In this document: piece by piece, positions 1 to 9,598 of the stretch
Numbering within the stretch: the first letter of the stretch is position 1
How the letters are laid out: every line of letters begins with the position of its first letter
Virus record (IMG/VR): IMGVR_UViG_3300027759_000119
Coordinates: 1-52,723 of that record
Length of the DNA: 52,723 bases
DNA from: a virus
Lineage: Duplodnaviria > Caudoviricetes
Reading direction: 5' to 3' (one strand)
Translations under genes and position numbers: made by a program
Notes under the pieces: model-generated
Told to the model about the DNA's origin: nothing
What the model saw: only the letters and a program-made list of their open reading frames with translations
Database searches by the model: none

Positions 1-328
1 GGAGGTGCTTTGCCCACTCCACGCTTTGAATGTCACGTTTATCGCGATAATATAAATCGTGGTTACCAGGAATAAAATACACATGTTCAAAGTTGTCATT
101 CATATGCTCCAATGCTCGTAGACTGTAACTCAGTGTGACAATGTTCAGGCTGGCTCGGTTGTTGTGCCAGTCGCCCAGGAACAAACAGGTTTCGCAACCT
201 TCGGCTCGGGCCTTGGCAGTGGCCCATTTGACAAAATCCAAACAGTCATCGTTGTGTGTTTGACTGTTGGATTTTAAACCAAAGTGAATGTCTGTGAAGA
301 CCGCGGCTTTTTTAAATAGATTTGTCAT
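1..328 (-). CDS. Recombination endonuclease subunit, T4 gp47/Mre11/SbcD metallophosphoesterase (5' part, runs off the window)
   Basis: Not in the ORF track. Manual translation from ATG at 328 gives MTNLFKKAAVFTDIHFGLKSNS...FLGDWHNNR...FIPGNHDLYY, the DxH, GDxH and GNHD metallophosphoesterase motifs. It follows gp55, as in T4-like phages. Confidence 0.92.
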   Translation of the reverse strand, partial: MTNLFKKAAVFTDIHFGLKSNSQTHNDDCLDFVKWATAKARAEGCETCLFLGDWHNNRASLNIVTLSYSLRALEHMNDNFEHVYFIPGNHDLYYRDKRDIQSVEWAKHL

Positions 329-340
329 CTACCCAGTATA

Positions 341-1237
341 CTACTCTTCGTAGGTAATTACGACCGGACCGGACATGGCAGCCATACCTGCTTTGCCAGA
401 GTTTTGTCGCGTCCATGAAGGATTCAGCCCGTTCATTTCCAAAATGTCATCACGGATGTTTTGATTTTTCTTTTCGATGTTCAGGATGCGAGTAAAACTA
501 TTAGTGATAGCGGCAGTATAATACGCAAAAGGGTTCTGCGATTTGGACTCGTCAAATTGCAGTCCGATTTGACTGAGTTGTAGCAGGGCTTGTCCGCGCA
601 TTTCTTCATTGTAAGTGTATCCTCTCCAGTTTGATCTTGTGGCATAACGCTCGCACAGTTTCATAAACATGGTGGCCAATTTGCGTGTCATGTTGCCATG
701 ATCCTTGGAAAACTCGCCGGAGTCCAGGTCGCCACGCCAGTGGCTTTTGCCCACTAGCACAGGGTTTTTGTCTTCGTCCAGTCTGTAGTGCCAAAACGGG
801 GGAAAGTTCACACGCATGTGTGTGGGGTTAAGTACAACGTCCTCAACCAAGTCCGCTAGTGGATCTTCTATGACATCATCCAGGTCCAGGATGTCTTCAA
901 TCTTTTTCTTTTTGGTGGCGGTTTTGGGCACTTTCTTGGGCGCCATGGGTATGTGTTCCCAAGTCATAACACGAAAAACCACTTCCGTATTGGGTATTTT
1001 TTTAGGGTCAATCACTTCACCTGTTTCACGTTTGTGACGATCAGCACGATTGCGGCGTGCTTCTGCAATGGTCTTTTGATTGATTTTGCTTACTGAGGGC
1101 AGTATCATGTCAAACTGATGATCAGTTGTTCTGTCCCGAAAACTACAGTAGGTATTTTTGCTTAGATGTATTTCTTTTAAGATGTCACGGTTGTTAAGGT
1201 AGTTGACCTTGGCCGCGGGTTTTGCAATTAGTGTCAT
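341..1237 (-). CDS. Late-transcription sigma factor, T4 gp55-like
   Basis: N-terminal NYLNNRDIL and C-terminal RSNWRGYTYNEEMRGQALLQL...FDESKSQNPFAYYT are typical of gp55 family proteins. A GGAG Shine-Dalgarno lies upstream. Confidence 0.9.
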   Translation of the reverse strand: MTLIAKPAAKVNYLNNRDILKEIHLSKNTYCSFRDRTTDHQFDMILPSVSKINQKTIAEARRNRADRHKRETGEVIDPKKIPNTEVVFRVMTWEHIPMAPKKVPKTATKKKKIEDILDLDDVIEDPLADLVEDVVLNPTHMRVNFPPFWHYRLDEDKNPVLVGKSHWRGDLDSGEFSKDHGNMTRKLATMFMKLCERYATRSNWRGYTYNEEMRGQALLQLSQIGLQFDESKSQNPFAYYTAAITNSFTRILNIEKKNQNIRDDILEMNGLNPSWTRQNSGKAGMAAMSGPVVITYEE

Positions 1238-1262
1238 GCAATGGGTCTCCAGATATGTACTT

Positions 1263-1290
1263 ATTGTAGCATATCTACAACATTTGTCAA
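1263..1290 (-). promoter_or_regulatory. Sigma70-type promoter for gp55/gp47
   Basis: The minus strand reads TTGACA-16 nt-TACAAT, with an extended -10 TG (TGC TACAAT), about 25 nt upstream of the gp55 start. Confidence 0.8.
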
Positions 1291-1321
1291 CCTCTTGTTA
1301 AACTGCGTGGTTAAAAAATTG

Positions 1322-1329
1322 GGTAAATA
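1322..1329 (+). promoter_or_regulatory. Putative late promoter (GGTAAATA), gp55-type
   Basis: TAAATA core, similar to the T4 late consensus TATAAATA, about 20 nt upstream of the first structural gene. Confidence 0.65.
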
Positions 1330-1349
1330 ACGCATACAGGAATAAAAAC

Positions 1350-3125
1350 ATGGCACTCAGATCCGTCAACGACCCAGAATACACCAACCCCTATGGCATT
1401 GGTGCCCAGGAAGCGGACATTGCAAGAAGCAAAAAACTCATAGACCAACGCAAGGCCAATGAAGCACAATTAATTGCAGAACAGGCCAAGTATTCACGAC
1501 AAGAACAAAAACGTTTGGAGGCTGATGCGGCAGCCGCAGCTGCCGCAGGTTCCCCCGATGCGGCTGCCAAGGCAGCCGCGGCCAAACAATACGCAGATGA
1601 AAAAGCCAGTGTTGCTGCCGATCTTGAACAGAATGGTCGGTTGCTGACAGAAACTGAAAAAGGCCTGCAAGAACACGAAGCAACTCTTGCTCGAATGCAA
1701 GCCAAGGAAGCCTCTATACCTCCCAACGTTAAGATTGTGAATGCTGGATCTGACCCAGCGGCACAATCTCCACCTACAGTGCCCGCGCTGAATGAGACCA
1801 CGCCAAGTTCGTCAAGCCCCACACAAGTACCTGCAGATCAAGTTGCTGGATTTAGAATAGATCAAGTAAACAATGCGCCGCTGTCTGCACCTGTGCCTAC
1901 TGATGTGAATCCATTGGGGCCAGTAACCAATGTTGACCTTACCCGACAACCTGAACTTGTGCCACTTGAACCTGGCAACAGCAACCCATTGCCTCCTGTA
2001 ACCAATGTAGTGGTACAACCTGAACTTGTGCCACTTGAACCTGGCAACAACAACCCATTGCCTCCGGTGGCCAATGTGGTTGTTGAACCTCCACCTGTGC
2101 CAGTAGATCTAGAAACAGTGCCAGACAGTGCAAATCGGACCAGCAGTTATACTGGGACACCACCACCTGTAGATCCTGCAGTTGACCCAGGAGCCAGAAG
2201 CCCGTTTGGCGGTGGTGCCTTCAACGATGCAGCCGCAAGAAATCCCGAAGCAGCAGTAGATGCAGTGGCTGCCGCAGAGGCCGCTCAGCAACGAGCAACA
2301 GAACAGCGACTACAGGAACAACAGGCCATACAGGCACAGTTTCAGTCTCCTGCCAATGGTGACTGGCGAGTGAAATTAAAACTATCGCCCAATGCCACAT
2401 ACTTGTACAAAGACAATAGTGCAAACTCAATTTTGGCTCCATTGGCAGCCAGTGATGGCGTAGTGTTTCCTTATATGCCTGACATACAGACCACATACAA
2501 TGCCAATTATGACACTACAGATTTAACACACTCAAACTACCGCGGATATTTTTACAAGAGTTCATATGTAGGCGACATCAACATCACCGGAACTTTTACT
2601 GCACAAAACACAGCCGAAGCCAACTATTTGTTAGCAGTGATACATTTCTTTCGGTCGGCTACAAAAATGTTTTATGGAGAAAAAGATTCATTTCGTGGTG
2701 CACCACCGCCCTTGGTGTATTTGTTTGGACTGGGGCAATATCAATTCAATGCACATCCTTGTGTGATTCGCAGTTTCAATTATAGTTTGCCCAATGATGT
2801 GGATTATATTAGAACCAAACCCAACAACTACAATGTGAATTTGAATAATACTTTGCCCAAAACAGAAAGCGGCGGCAATCCCATATCTGCAGTTATCGGC
2901 AGATTGAGAAATGCCCTGTTGCCCAAAGGTGCGCTGCCCAACGTGCCACAAGAATTAATCACAGTGAGTCAGAGTGTCAGCAACATAGACAATTCAACTT
3001 ACGTGCCTACCAAAATCACAGTGACCATCAGTTTGTTGCCTATACAAACAAGAAATCAACAAAGCCAGCAATTCAGTGTCAAAGGATTTGCCAATGGCGA
3101 CCTACTCAAAGGAGGGTTCTGGTAA
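1350..3125 (+). CDS. Baseplate/tail-tube initiator-like protein (gp48/gp54-like C-terminal domain) with a long Ala/Pro-rich N-terminal extension
   Basis: The C-terminal domain DWRVKL...VVFPYMPDIQTTYNANY...THSN...INITGTFTAQ...GAPPPLVYLFG...CVIRSFNYSLP has a tube-fold-like pattern. The gene sits directly before gp53. Confidence 0.6.
   Translation: MALRSVNDPEYTNPYGIGAQEADIARSKKLIDQRKANEAQLIAEQAKYSRQEQKRLEADAAAAAAAGSPDAAAKAAAAKQYADEKASVAADLEQNGRLLTETEKGLQEHEATLARMQAKEASIPPNVKIVNAGSDPAAQSPPTVPALNETTPSSSSPTQVPADQVAGFRIDQVNNAPLSAPVPTDVNPLGPVTNVDLTRQPELVPLEPGNSNPLPPVTNVVVQPELVPLEPGNNNPLPPVANVVVEPPPVPVDLETVPDSANRTSSYTGTPPPVDPAVDPGARSPFGGGAFNDAAARNPEAAVDAVAAAEAAQQRATEQRLQEQQAIQAQFQSPANGDWRVKLKLSPNATYLYKDNSANSILAPLAASDGVVFPYMPDIQTTYNANYDTTDLTHSNYRGYFYKSSYVGDINITGTFTAQNTAEANYLLAVIHFFRSATKMFYGEKDSFRGAPPPLVYLFGLGQYQFNAHPCVIRSFNYSLPNDVDYIRTKPNNYNVNLNNTLPKTESGGNPISAVIGRLRNALLPKGALPNVPQELITVSQSVSNIDNSTYVPTKITVTISLLPIQTRNQQSQQFSVKGFANGDLLKGGFW
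1947..2084 (+). repeat. Intragenic 69-bp tandem duplication (2 copies, with a degenerate partial copy upstream)
   Basis: CAACCTGAACTTGTGCCACTTGAACCTGGCAACA begins at 1947 and again at 2016. It encodes QPELVPLEPGN(S/N)NPLPPV(T/A)NVVV twice. Confidence 0.9.
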
Positions 3126-3424
3126 TGGCCAATTATGATTCAACCAGTCCTTATTTTCTCACAGGGTACAATCAGTTTTATCTTGATGTCATGGTGGACA
3201 GACCTTTGCCCAAAGAAAGCGATGATTTAAATTTTACCATCAATCTCACTTATCAATATCGCCCTGATCTGTTGGCCCATGACCTGTACAGTGACGCCAG
3301 ACTGTGGTGGGTGTTTTATCAACGCAACCCCAACACACTCACAAAGCCCCCAGTGGATTTTACAGTAGGTACCACGATCTATCTGCCCAAGATTACCACA
3401 CTCAAATCTGTGTTAGGATTCTAA
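3125..3424 (+). CDS. Baseplate wedge protein gp53-like (LysM-like)
   Basis: YQYRPDLLAHDLYSDARLWWVF...N...F..GTTIYLP motif, in baseplate context. Confidence 0.85.
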   Translation: MANYDSTSPYFLTGYNQFYLDVMVDRPLPKESDDLNFTINLTYQYRPDLLAHDLYSDARLWWVFYQRNPNTLTKPPVDFTVGTTIYLPKITTLKSVLGF

Positions 3425-3425
3425 A

Positions 3426-6254
3426 ATGCCCTTGTATGGACCAGCAGTACCGCCAGTTCTTCCCAGCACACTGGAAGAACAACGTCGTCAAATATCTAAC
3501 TATCAAGTTCCCACCCCACAAAACAGTCAAACAGGCCAAGATTTTGTAAATCAAACCAATACCAACATACGAGATGCTATTACTGCTACTCGAACGGCTC
3601 CTGCTACCAATAACAACAACAACAATCTACCATTGAATGGAACTGATGTTGGCACACCAACAAAAAATCCTTCAACAGTACAAGACGATGGAAAATTGCC
3701 TGAGGTAATAGTCACAGCAACTCGCGCTGATGTTGTTGGCGATCTTTCAGCCAGAGATGACATAACTCCTCAGCCCAACGTACTGGATAGATTTGCCAGT
3801 TATACCTACAGCGCCAGTGTGTACCTGATGAGTGCCCGGCAATACGAACGTTTGTTACTCAGTAATAAAAAGAACATCAACGGATACTTTTTGTTGTTTC
3901 AAAGCGGCGGCGCCCCTACCAACAAAGGTGGGTTCCTGGGCAAAGGTTCTGGCACTGTGAATGGCCAAGACCCAGGCACTGAAGGTCTTAATGCTGAGGG
4001 CGTTGACGACTTTGGGCGTAATCCTGCTTTTCCCCAAGATTTTTATATTGATTCAATTACCATAGACAATGCATTGCCAGGTCAACAAACACAGGCGGCA
4101 CACATGGTCACTGATTTGAAATTCACTGTGGTAGAACCAGGCAATATCACACTGTTGGACAGATTGTATCGTGCAGTCCAAGATGCTGGACAAGTGAATG
4201 ATTCCAATCAACCAGTCAACTACACAGCAGCAGTGTATCTCATGGTCATACGCTGGTACGGGTATGACATTAATGGCAATCTTGTACAAGTGGGCGCCGC
4301 CGATCCCACCACTGGGCTGACCGACCCCAACGCTGTGGTTGAAAAATTCATACCATTTCTTATTAAAAAAATCAACTGGAGTGTGAGTTCAAAACTAGTC
4401 ACCTATGATTTTGAATGTGCGCCAGTGGCACAAATGGTTGCTGGTTACACACGCCGCGGCACAATACCTTATGATGCACAATTCACTGCGTCATCGGTGC
4501 GTGAGTTGCTGGGCGGAGAATTGCAATTTGTAACACCTGCCAGCACCACCAACTTAGCCACCAACAGACAAGCGTCAGTGCGAGCAGTTGACAATGCCAT
4601 TGCCGCCACAGGATCACCGCCCAAAGCATCAGGTGCTCCTACTTCCAGTCAAGTGGTCAAACAAGGACTCATGGCATCTCTAAATAAGTATCAACAAGAG
4701 TTGGTCAAAAAAGGCAAATACGAAGTGGCCGATACTTATTCAATAGAGTTTGATCAAAATCCTGACTTCCCTGATCTCAACATTGCTGATGCCACATTGA
4801 GATTGCCCGGCAGCACAGTTACTCAAAATAGAACTTCAATGGGCGTGGCTGCTGAGACAGATCCCAATAAAACATTAAATCCTGACACCGATTCAATGAA
4901 GATCAACAATCGCAATTACAGCATCACAGCCGGTATGCAAATAATACAAGTGATTGACCTGGTGATTCGCAACAGCAGTTACATCGCCAAACAACAGTTG
5001 ACCACTATAGATGCCAGCGGTGTTGAACGACCTGATGCACAAGCACAGAAAAAACCCATGTCTTGGTTTAAAATCAGCATGGAAGCAAAACAAGGCAAAT
5101 ATGACAAACTGCGCAGAGACTATGCTTACGATATTGTATTTGTTGTGACTCCTTACACTCTGCAAGATTTTGACTCAACATATTTTCCGTTGACCAAATT
5201 TCGTGGAGTTCATAAATCATATCCCTACTGGTTTACAGGACAAAACACAGCGGTGTTGGATTTCACTGCCAACTTCAACAATCTCTATAACCTAACTGTG
5301 ACTGGCACCAGCAAAGAAGATTCAGGTACTGCGGCCATACGTAGAAATTTCACTTCCAGCATGCGAGACATAGCCAAGTATACCTATGCAGCCAGCAGTA
5401 CAGAAAACAGAACAGGCGAAGACGGACGAGCATTGGAAGCACAAGCCAATGCTGCTGAGTATCTTTACAGTCCTGGCAACATGGGCGACGGGCATTTGCG
5501 TATCATTGGCGACCCTGCTTGGATACAACAAGGCAGCATGGCCGGCAGAGTCAGTGCTGCAGAATTCAGTTATTCTCCATTTTTACCTGATGGCACCATA
5601 AATTTTGATGCACAACAAGTGATGTATGAAGTTGCTTGGCAAAGACCAAATGATTATGATTTAAACACTGGCCTAGCAGATCCGTATGCAGGTGGCGATA
5701 CAAAAAATCGACTGCCAATACAAAGTTCAGTGTACCTGGCCAACCGAGTGATCAGTGAATTCAAACAAGGCAAGTTCGAGCAAACTATCAAAGGTTCATA
5801 TTTCCGCTTCCCCAAACCTGACGGATCAAACACTGTGGGCAAGTCGGCCTCAACTGTGGCAACCAATGGTGCATCTTTGAGAGATGCACAAAATAGAGCC
5901 GCAGGTAACGACAGTGTAACAGACAATCCCATATTGGCCAGACGAAACGCACAGTCACCAACGGCTGCATTGACTAATGGCAACTCCGCCTTGGACAACG
6001 GTGTAAAAACTGCGGCAGCAGCCGTTGAAAGCGGTGCTATTCCAGCAGCCGTACAACCAGCAACAAACATTGGCAGTTCTTCATCAGTGTCACCGGTGAA
6101 CAGCAACAATACAATTGCACCGTCAGCATATCCACGAGCACCCACTGGGTCAGGAGTTAACCCTATTACATTTGCAGAAAACTCTCCACCGCCGTTAAAT
6201 ACCAACCCATACGCTCTGGCCGGGCGTACACAAACCATAGTTAAAGAAGCATAA
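3426..6254 (+). CDS. Baseplate hub protein (gp27/VgrG-N-like) with low-complexity termini
   Basis: 942 aa, between gp53 and gp5. It carries NVLDRFASYTY, LRIIGDPAWI and Y..NRVISEFKQGKFEQTIKG, as seen in hub proteins. Confidence 0.6.
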   Translation: MPLYGPAVPPVLPSTLEEQRRQISNYQVPTPQNSQTGQDFVNQTNTNIRDAITATRTAPATNNNNNNLPLNGTDVGTPTKNPSTVQDDGKLPEVIVTATRADVVGDLSARDDITPQPNVLDRFASYTYSASVYLMSARQYERLLLSNKKNINGYFLLFQSGGAPTNKGGFLGKGSGTVNGQDPGTEGLNAEGVDDFGRNPAFPQDFYIDSITIDNALPGQQTQAAHMVTDLKFTVVEPGNITLLDRLYRAVQDAGQVNDSNQPVNYTAAVYLMVIRWYGYDINGNLVQVGAADPTTGLTDPNAVVEKFIPFLIKKINWSVSSKLVTYDFECAPVAQMVAGYTRRGTIPYDAQFTASSVRELLGGELQFVTPASTTNLATNRQASVRAVDNAIAATGSPPKASGAPTSSQVVKQGLMASLNKYQQELVKKGKYEVADTYSIEFDQNPDFPDLNIADATLRLPGSTVTQNRTSMGVAAETDPNKTLNPDTDSMKINNRNYSITAGMQIIQVIDLVIRNSSYIAKQQLTTIDASGVERPDAQAQKKPMSWFKISMEAKQGKYDKLRRDYAYDIVFVVTPYTLQDFDSTYFPLTKFRGVHKSYPYWFTGQNTAVLDFTANFNNLYNLTVTGTSKEDSGTAAIRRNFTSSMRDIAKYTYAASSTENRTGEDGRALEAQANAAEYLYSPGNMGDGHLRIIGDPAWIQQGSMAGRVSAAEFSYSPFLPDGTINFDAQQVMYEVAWQRPNDYDLNTGLADPYAGGDTKNRLPIQSSVYLANRVISEFKQGKFEQTIKGSYFRFPKPDGSNTVGKSASTVATNGASLRDAQNRAAGNDSVTDNPILARRNAQSPTAALTNGNSALDNGVKTAAAAVESGAIPAAVQPATNIGSSSSVSPVNSNNTIAPSAYPRAPTGSGVNPITFAENSPPPLNTNPYALAGRTQTIVKEA

Positions 6255-6263
6255 GGAGCAACT

Positions 6264-7766
6264 TTGTCAGAAGATGTACAACGCAGTAGAGGTCGCCCTA
6301 CAAACTATAAATTAGACCGCGGAGGTGTGCCAGCAGAGTTTGGCCCATTCTCAGGCATAGTGATGAACAATTCAGACCCCACACGAGCAGGGCGTTTGCA
6401 AGTGTACATTGAAACATTTGCTGGTATCGATAAAAATGACAGTTCCAAATGGATCACAGTGAGTTATTTGCCAGGGTTCTTTGGATACACTCCAATGGGC
6501 AAAACAGCCGACAATGATTTTGGTTCTTATCCAGGCAATCAAAATTCTTATGGCATGTGGTTTACACCGCCAGACATTGGCATTCAGGTGCTGTGTGTTT
6601 TTGCCAATGGAGACAGAAATTTAGGATATTATATTGGTGTTGTTCCAAGCAACGGTATAGGCCACATGGTACCAGCCATTGGTGCAGCCGGAAGTTATGT
6701 GTCAGGCAACAAAAATCAAGAAGCATACTTTACAAATGCATCACTATTGCCAGTCACAGAGATCAACACCAACAACGAAAAAATTGTGAACTCCAGTGAA
6801 TTTTTCAAGCAGGCAAAACCTGTGCAAGGTGTAGTAGCGCAAGCACTGTTTCAACAAGGCATCAGCGAAGACATAGAACGTGGTCCTATACAATCTAGTA
6901 GTCAAAGAGAAAGCCCCAGTGCTGTTTTTGGGGTAAGCACACCGGGGGTGGCTGTGTATCAGGGCGGCATGAGCCCTGATGATCTTCGTAAGAAAGTAAA
7001 AGCCGGCGAACTCAAACCCGAAGATGCACAAGTGATCAGCCGCATGGGCGGTCACACTCTTGTGATGGATGACGGTGACATTGACGGCAAAAATGCCTTG
7101 TTCAGACTGCGCACAGCCAAAGGGCATCAGATCACCATGAACGACTCGGGCAACTTCTTTTACATATTGCATGCCAATGGACAAACTTGGCTGGAGTTTG
7201 GTCAAGAAGGCACAGTAGATGTGTTCAGCACCAACAGTGTAAACATCCGCACACAAGGTGACATCAACTTGCATGCTGATCGTGACATCAACATGTATGC
7301 TGGCCGTAATTTAAAAATGAAAGCCATGTCTAATATTAATTTGGAAGCCGATGCTGATCTCACTGCTACTGTGAAAAAAGATATAACAATATACAGCAAA
7401 GCCAAGATAGGTATCAAAGCAGATGGCACAATGGCCTTACAAAGTGCAGGTGGGTCCTGGAACGGTGGTGAATCATTGTTGTTTACTGCTGGCGGCATAG
7501 ATTTAAATGGGCCCACAGCACCTGCAGTGACACCACCCAAGCCCATACAAAAAACCACCATGGATGATGTGACTTTTAGCACAGGTACAGGATGGAAAGT
7601 ACAAAAAGACAAACTGGAAAGTATTGTAACCCGAGCACCCACACACGAGCCCTATCCTTATCACAACAAGGGAGTGGCAGTGGAAACTCAGTTTGAACCA
7701 GGCAAACCAACACCACCACCGGGTGCTACGCCTGTACCTGCTGGTGTGGAGATATCAGCCAAATGA
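6264..7766 (+). CDS. Baseplate central spike, gp5/VgrG-like (OB-fold plus beta-helix), with no lysozyme domain
   Basis: GIVMNNSDPTRAGRLQVYI and SYGMWFTPPDIGIQVLCVF (OB-fold). GHTLVMDD, RLRTAKGHQITMND and DINLHADRDINMYAGRNLKMKA (beta-helix). TTG start after an AAGGAG RBS. Confidence 0.85.
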   Translation: MSEDVQRSRGRPTNYKLDRGGVPAEFGPFSGIVMNNSDPTRAGRLQVYIETFAGIDKNDSSKWITVSYLPGFFGYTPMGKTADNDFGSYPGNQNSYGMWFTPPDIGIQVLCVFANGDRNLGYYIGVVPSNGIGHMVPAIGAAGSYVSGNKNQEAYFTNASLLPVTEINTNNEKIVNSSEFFKQAKPVQGVVAQALFQQGISEDIERGPIQSSSQRESPSAVFGVSTPGVAVYQGGMSPDDLRKKVKAGELKPEDAQVISRMGGHTLVMDDGDIDGKNALFRLRTAKGHQITMNDSGNFFYILHANGQTWLEFGQEGTVDVFSTNSVNIRTQGDINLHADRDINMYAGRNLKMKAMSNINLEADADLTATVKKDITIYSKAKIGIKADGTMALQSAGGSWNGGESLLFTAGGIDLNGPTAPAVTPPKPIQKTTMDDVTFSTGTGWKVQKDKLESIVTRAPTHEPYPYHNKGVAVETQFEPGKPTPPPGATPVPAGVEISAK

Positions 7767-9160
7767 GTATTTTTAATTTTACCAATCCAGTCAACGGGCA
7801 GCCTTTTGAAATCAAAGGTCCACCGAGTCTCAGTTTTGAACAAGCCAAGGCCATATTTGACAAGCAGGTCAGTGCTGGCAGTTTGGTAGGATTCAAAAAA
7901 GGTGATGTGCTCAGTGCCGCCACACAGGCCGCGGATGGGCTGGCTGCTGCCCAAGCGCAACTGGCACAAGCGGCCAAAGGCATTGGTGGTGACTTGTCAG
8001 GAGCCATTAAAAATATACCCGGAGTTGGTGACATAGCAGCACAAGCACAGTCTGTGGCCAGCAAAACACTGTCAGGAATATCGGCCGCTGTGAGCAATTT
8101 GCCAGTGGCCAATGGCATTAATGTAGCAGACTTTGCCAAACAAGGTGCGTCTCTTGTGCCTATACAAGGATTGGGTATCTCTGATGTCACGGCCGCCATG
8201 AGTTCGGCCAGCAAACTTGTGGGACAGGCATCGAGCGCAATATCAGACACTCTGGGTGCAGGAAAATTTGGATTTGATGCATCACAGTTGGAATCAGTTG
8301 GAGTGCTCAAACCAGGCACCGCGGCCACGTATTTAAAACAAGGTATTAATTCACTGACTGACGTGTTGAAAAGCCCAGCGGTGTTTACTGGTAAAGATGG
8401 TATCAACAGTCTAGACAGTTTGCTGGGCTCAGTGCCAACTCAAGATGGTATTCAACAACAACTCATGAGTCAAGGACTCAATGCGGTCAAACAATTAGGC
8501 ATACCCACAGACAAATTAAGTACCGCATCACTGGCCGGCCTGGCCAACAATGCCGCCAAAAGCATACCCACCACACTGGACTGGGCCAAAGGACTGCCGT
8601 TACCAGCAGACATCAAGTCTAAATTTGATACCGCAGCCAGAGACGGAGCATTTGCAGCAGATTTTGCAAACTTCAAAGTGGATGATCCAATGAAAGCAGT
8701 GATCACTCCGTTGCCGGCGGTTGACACAGTCAACAGACAAACTGTGGATGCAGCCAGCAAACGCATTGTGGGCAACGACAAAGTTCCCACGGTAAAATAC
8801 AGTGCGTCAGATCAAATTGATGCACAAAAAGAAGCGTTTGCAATACAAAAGAAATTTGGGGAAATAAAAACAATTGATTTGTACATCAAACGAGATGCAA
8901 TAGGAAGAAGTGGTAACACTAATAATCCTTCTGCTGTGATTCTGCAACTTGAAGATCTGCTGGGCGAAGTTGCATTAGTAGACAGCAAACTGTTGGATCT
9001 CAAACGGCAGGCTGAGCGGGTGGTTCGCATTGAGCCAGCAGCGTCTATAGTACTAACAAGCATTGACAAAGAAATCAAAGATCTGATTGGGTTTAGAAAA
9101 CGTATTGAAACTACCATAGAGAAACTTAAAGAATTTATTGCGCAAAGTACCACTGCCTAA
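7763..9160 (+). CDS. Hypothetical virion/baseplate-associated protein (Ala/Gly-rich, coiled-coil C-terminus)
   Basis: 465-aa ORF coupled to gp5 by an ATGA overlap and lying between gp5 and gp25. No family recognised. Confidence 0.6.
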   Translation: MSIFNFTNPVNGQPFEIKGPPSLSFEQAKAIFDKQVSAGSLVGFKKGDVLSAATQAADGLAAAQAQLAQAAKGIGGDLSGAIKNIPGVGDIAAQAQSVASKTLSGISAAVSNLPVANGINVADFAKQGASLVPIQGLGISDVTAAMSSASKLVGQASSAISDTLGAGKFGFDASQLESVGVLKPGTAATYLKQGINSLTDVLKSPAVFTGKDGINSLDSLLGSVPTQDGIQQQLMSQGLNAVKQLGIPTDKLSTASLAGLANNAAKSIPTTLDWAKGLPLPADIKSKFDTAARDGAFAADFANFKVDDPMKAVITPLPAVDTVNRQTVDAASKRIVGNDKVPTVKYSASDQIDAQKEAFAIQKKFGEIKTIDLYIKRDAIGRSGNTNNPSAVILQLEDLLGEVALVDSKLLDLKRQAERVVRIEPAASIVLTSIDKEIKDLIGFRKRIETTIEKLKEFIAQSTTA

Positions 9161-9164
9161 CAGC

Positions 9165-9172
9165 CATAAATA
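9165..9172 (+). promoter_or_regulatory. Putative late promoter (CATAAATA)
   Basis: TAAATA box in the 17-nt gap before gp25. The ATG follows 5 nt later. Confidence 0.55.
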
Positions 9173-9177
9173 TTGCT

Positions 9178-9552
9178 ATGACCACATTTATCGGCTTCAA
9201 CACCATCAATCAATTCAAAAAGTTCACACTCACAGACTTTGATTTAATTCAGAGAGACTTGTTGAACGCCTTTAGCATTCGTCAAGGTGAACTGCCTGGA
9301 CGTCCAGGATATGGCACTGCACTGTGGGACTTTGTGTTTGAAAATCAAGTTGAACAACTGTCACAACAACTACGTGCCGAAGTTCAACGTGTGGCAGGTG
9401 GTGATCCCAGATTCACCATCAATGATATACAGATGTTTCCCCAGGAAAATGGTATATTGATACAACTTCAAATCACTGTTATCAACACCACTAACGCTGA
9501 GATTCTCAGCATATTCTTCGACGAACAAACTCGTAATGCCAGTTACGTATAA
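9178..9552 (+). CDS. Baseplate wedge subunit gp25-like
   Basis: DLLNAFSIRQGELPGRPGYGTALWDFVFE...DPR is the gp25/GPW family signature. Confidence 0.9.
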   Translation: MTTFIGFNTINQFKKFTLTDFDLIQRDLLNAFSIRQGELPGRPGYGTALWDFVFENQVEQLSQQLRAEVQRVAGGDPRFTINDIQMFPQENGILIQLQITVINTTNAEILSIFFDEQTRNASYV

Positions 9553-9571
9553 CTACGCCGTTTTTATTATT

Positions 9572-9579
9572 AATAAATA
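9572..9579 (+). promoter_or_regulatory. Putative late promoter (AATAAATA)
   Basis: TAAATA box about 20 nt upstream of the gp6 start. Confidence 0.6.
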
Positions 9580-9598
9580 AAGCACGGACGAGACAAAA

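Noticed and set aside
1947-2084. Direct repeat considered as a CRISPR mini-array
   Set aside because: There are only two in-frame 69-bp units, the sequence between the identical cores is itself similar, and it encodes a protein repeat. No cas genes are present.
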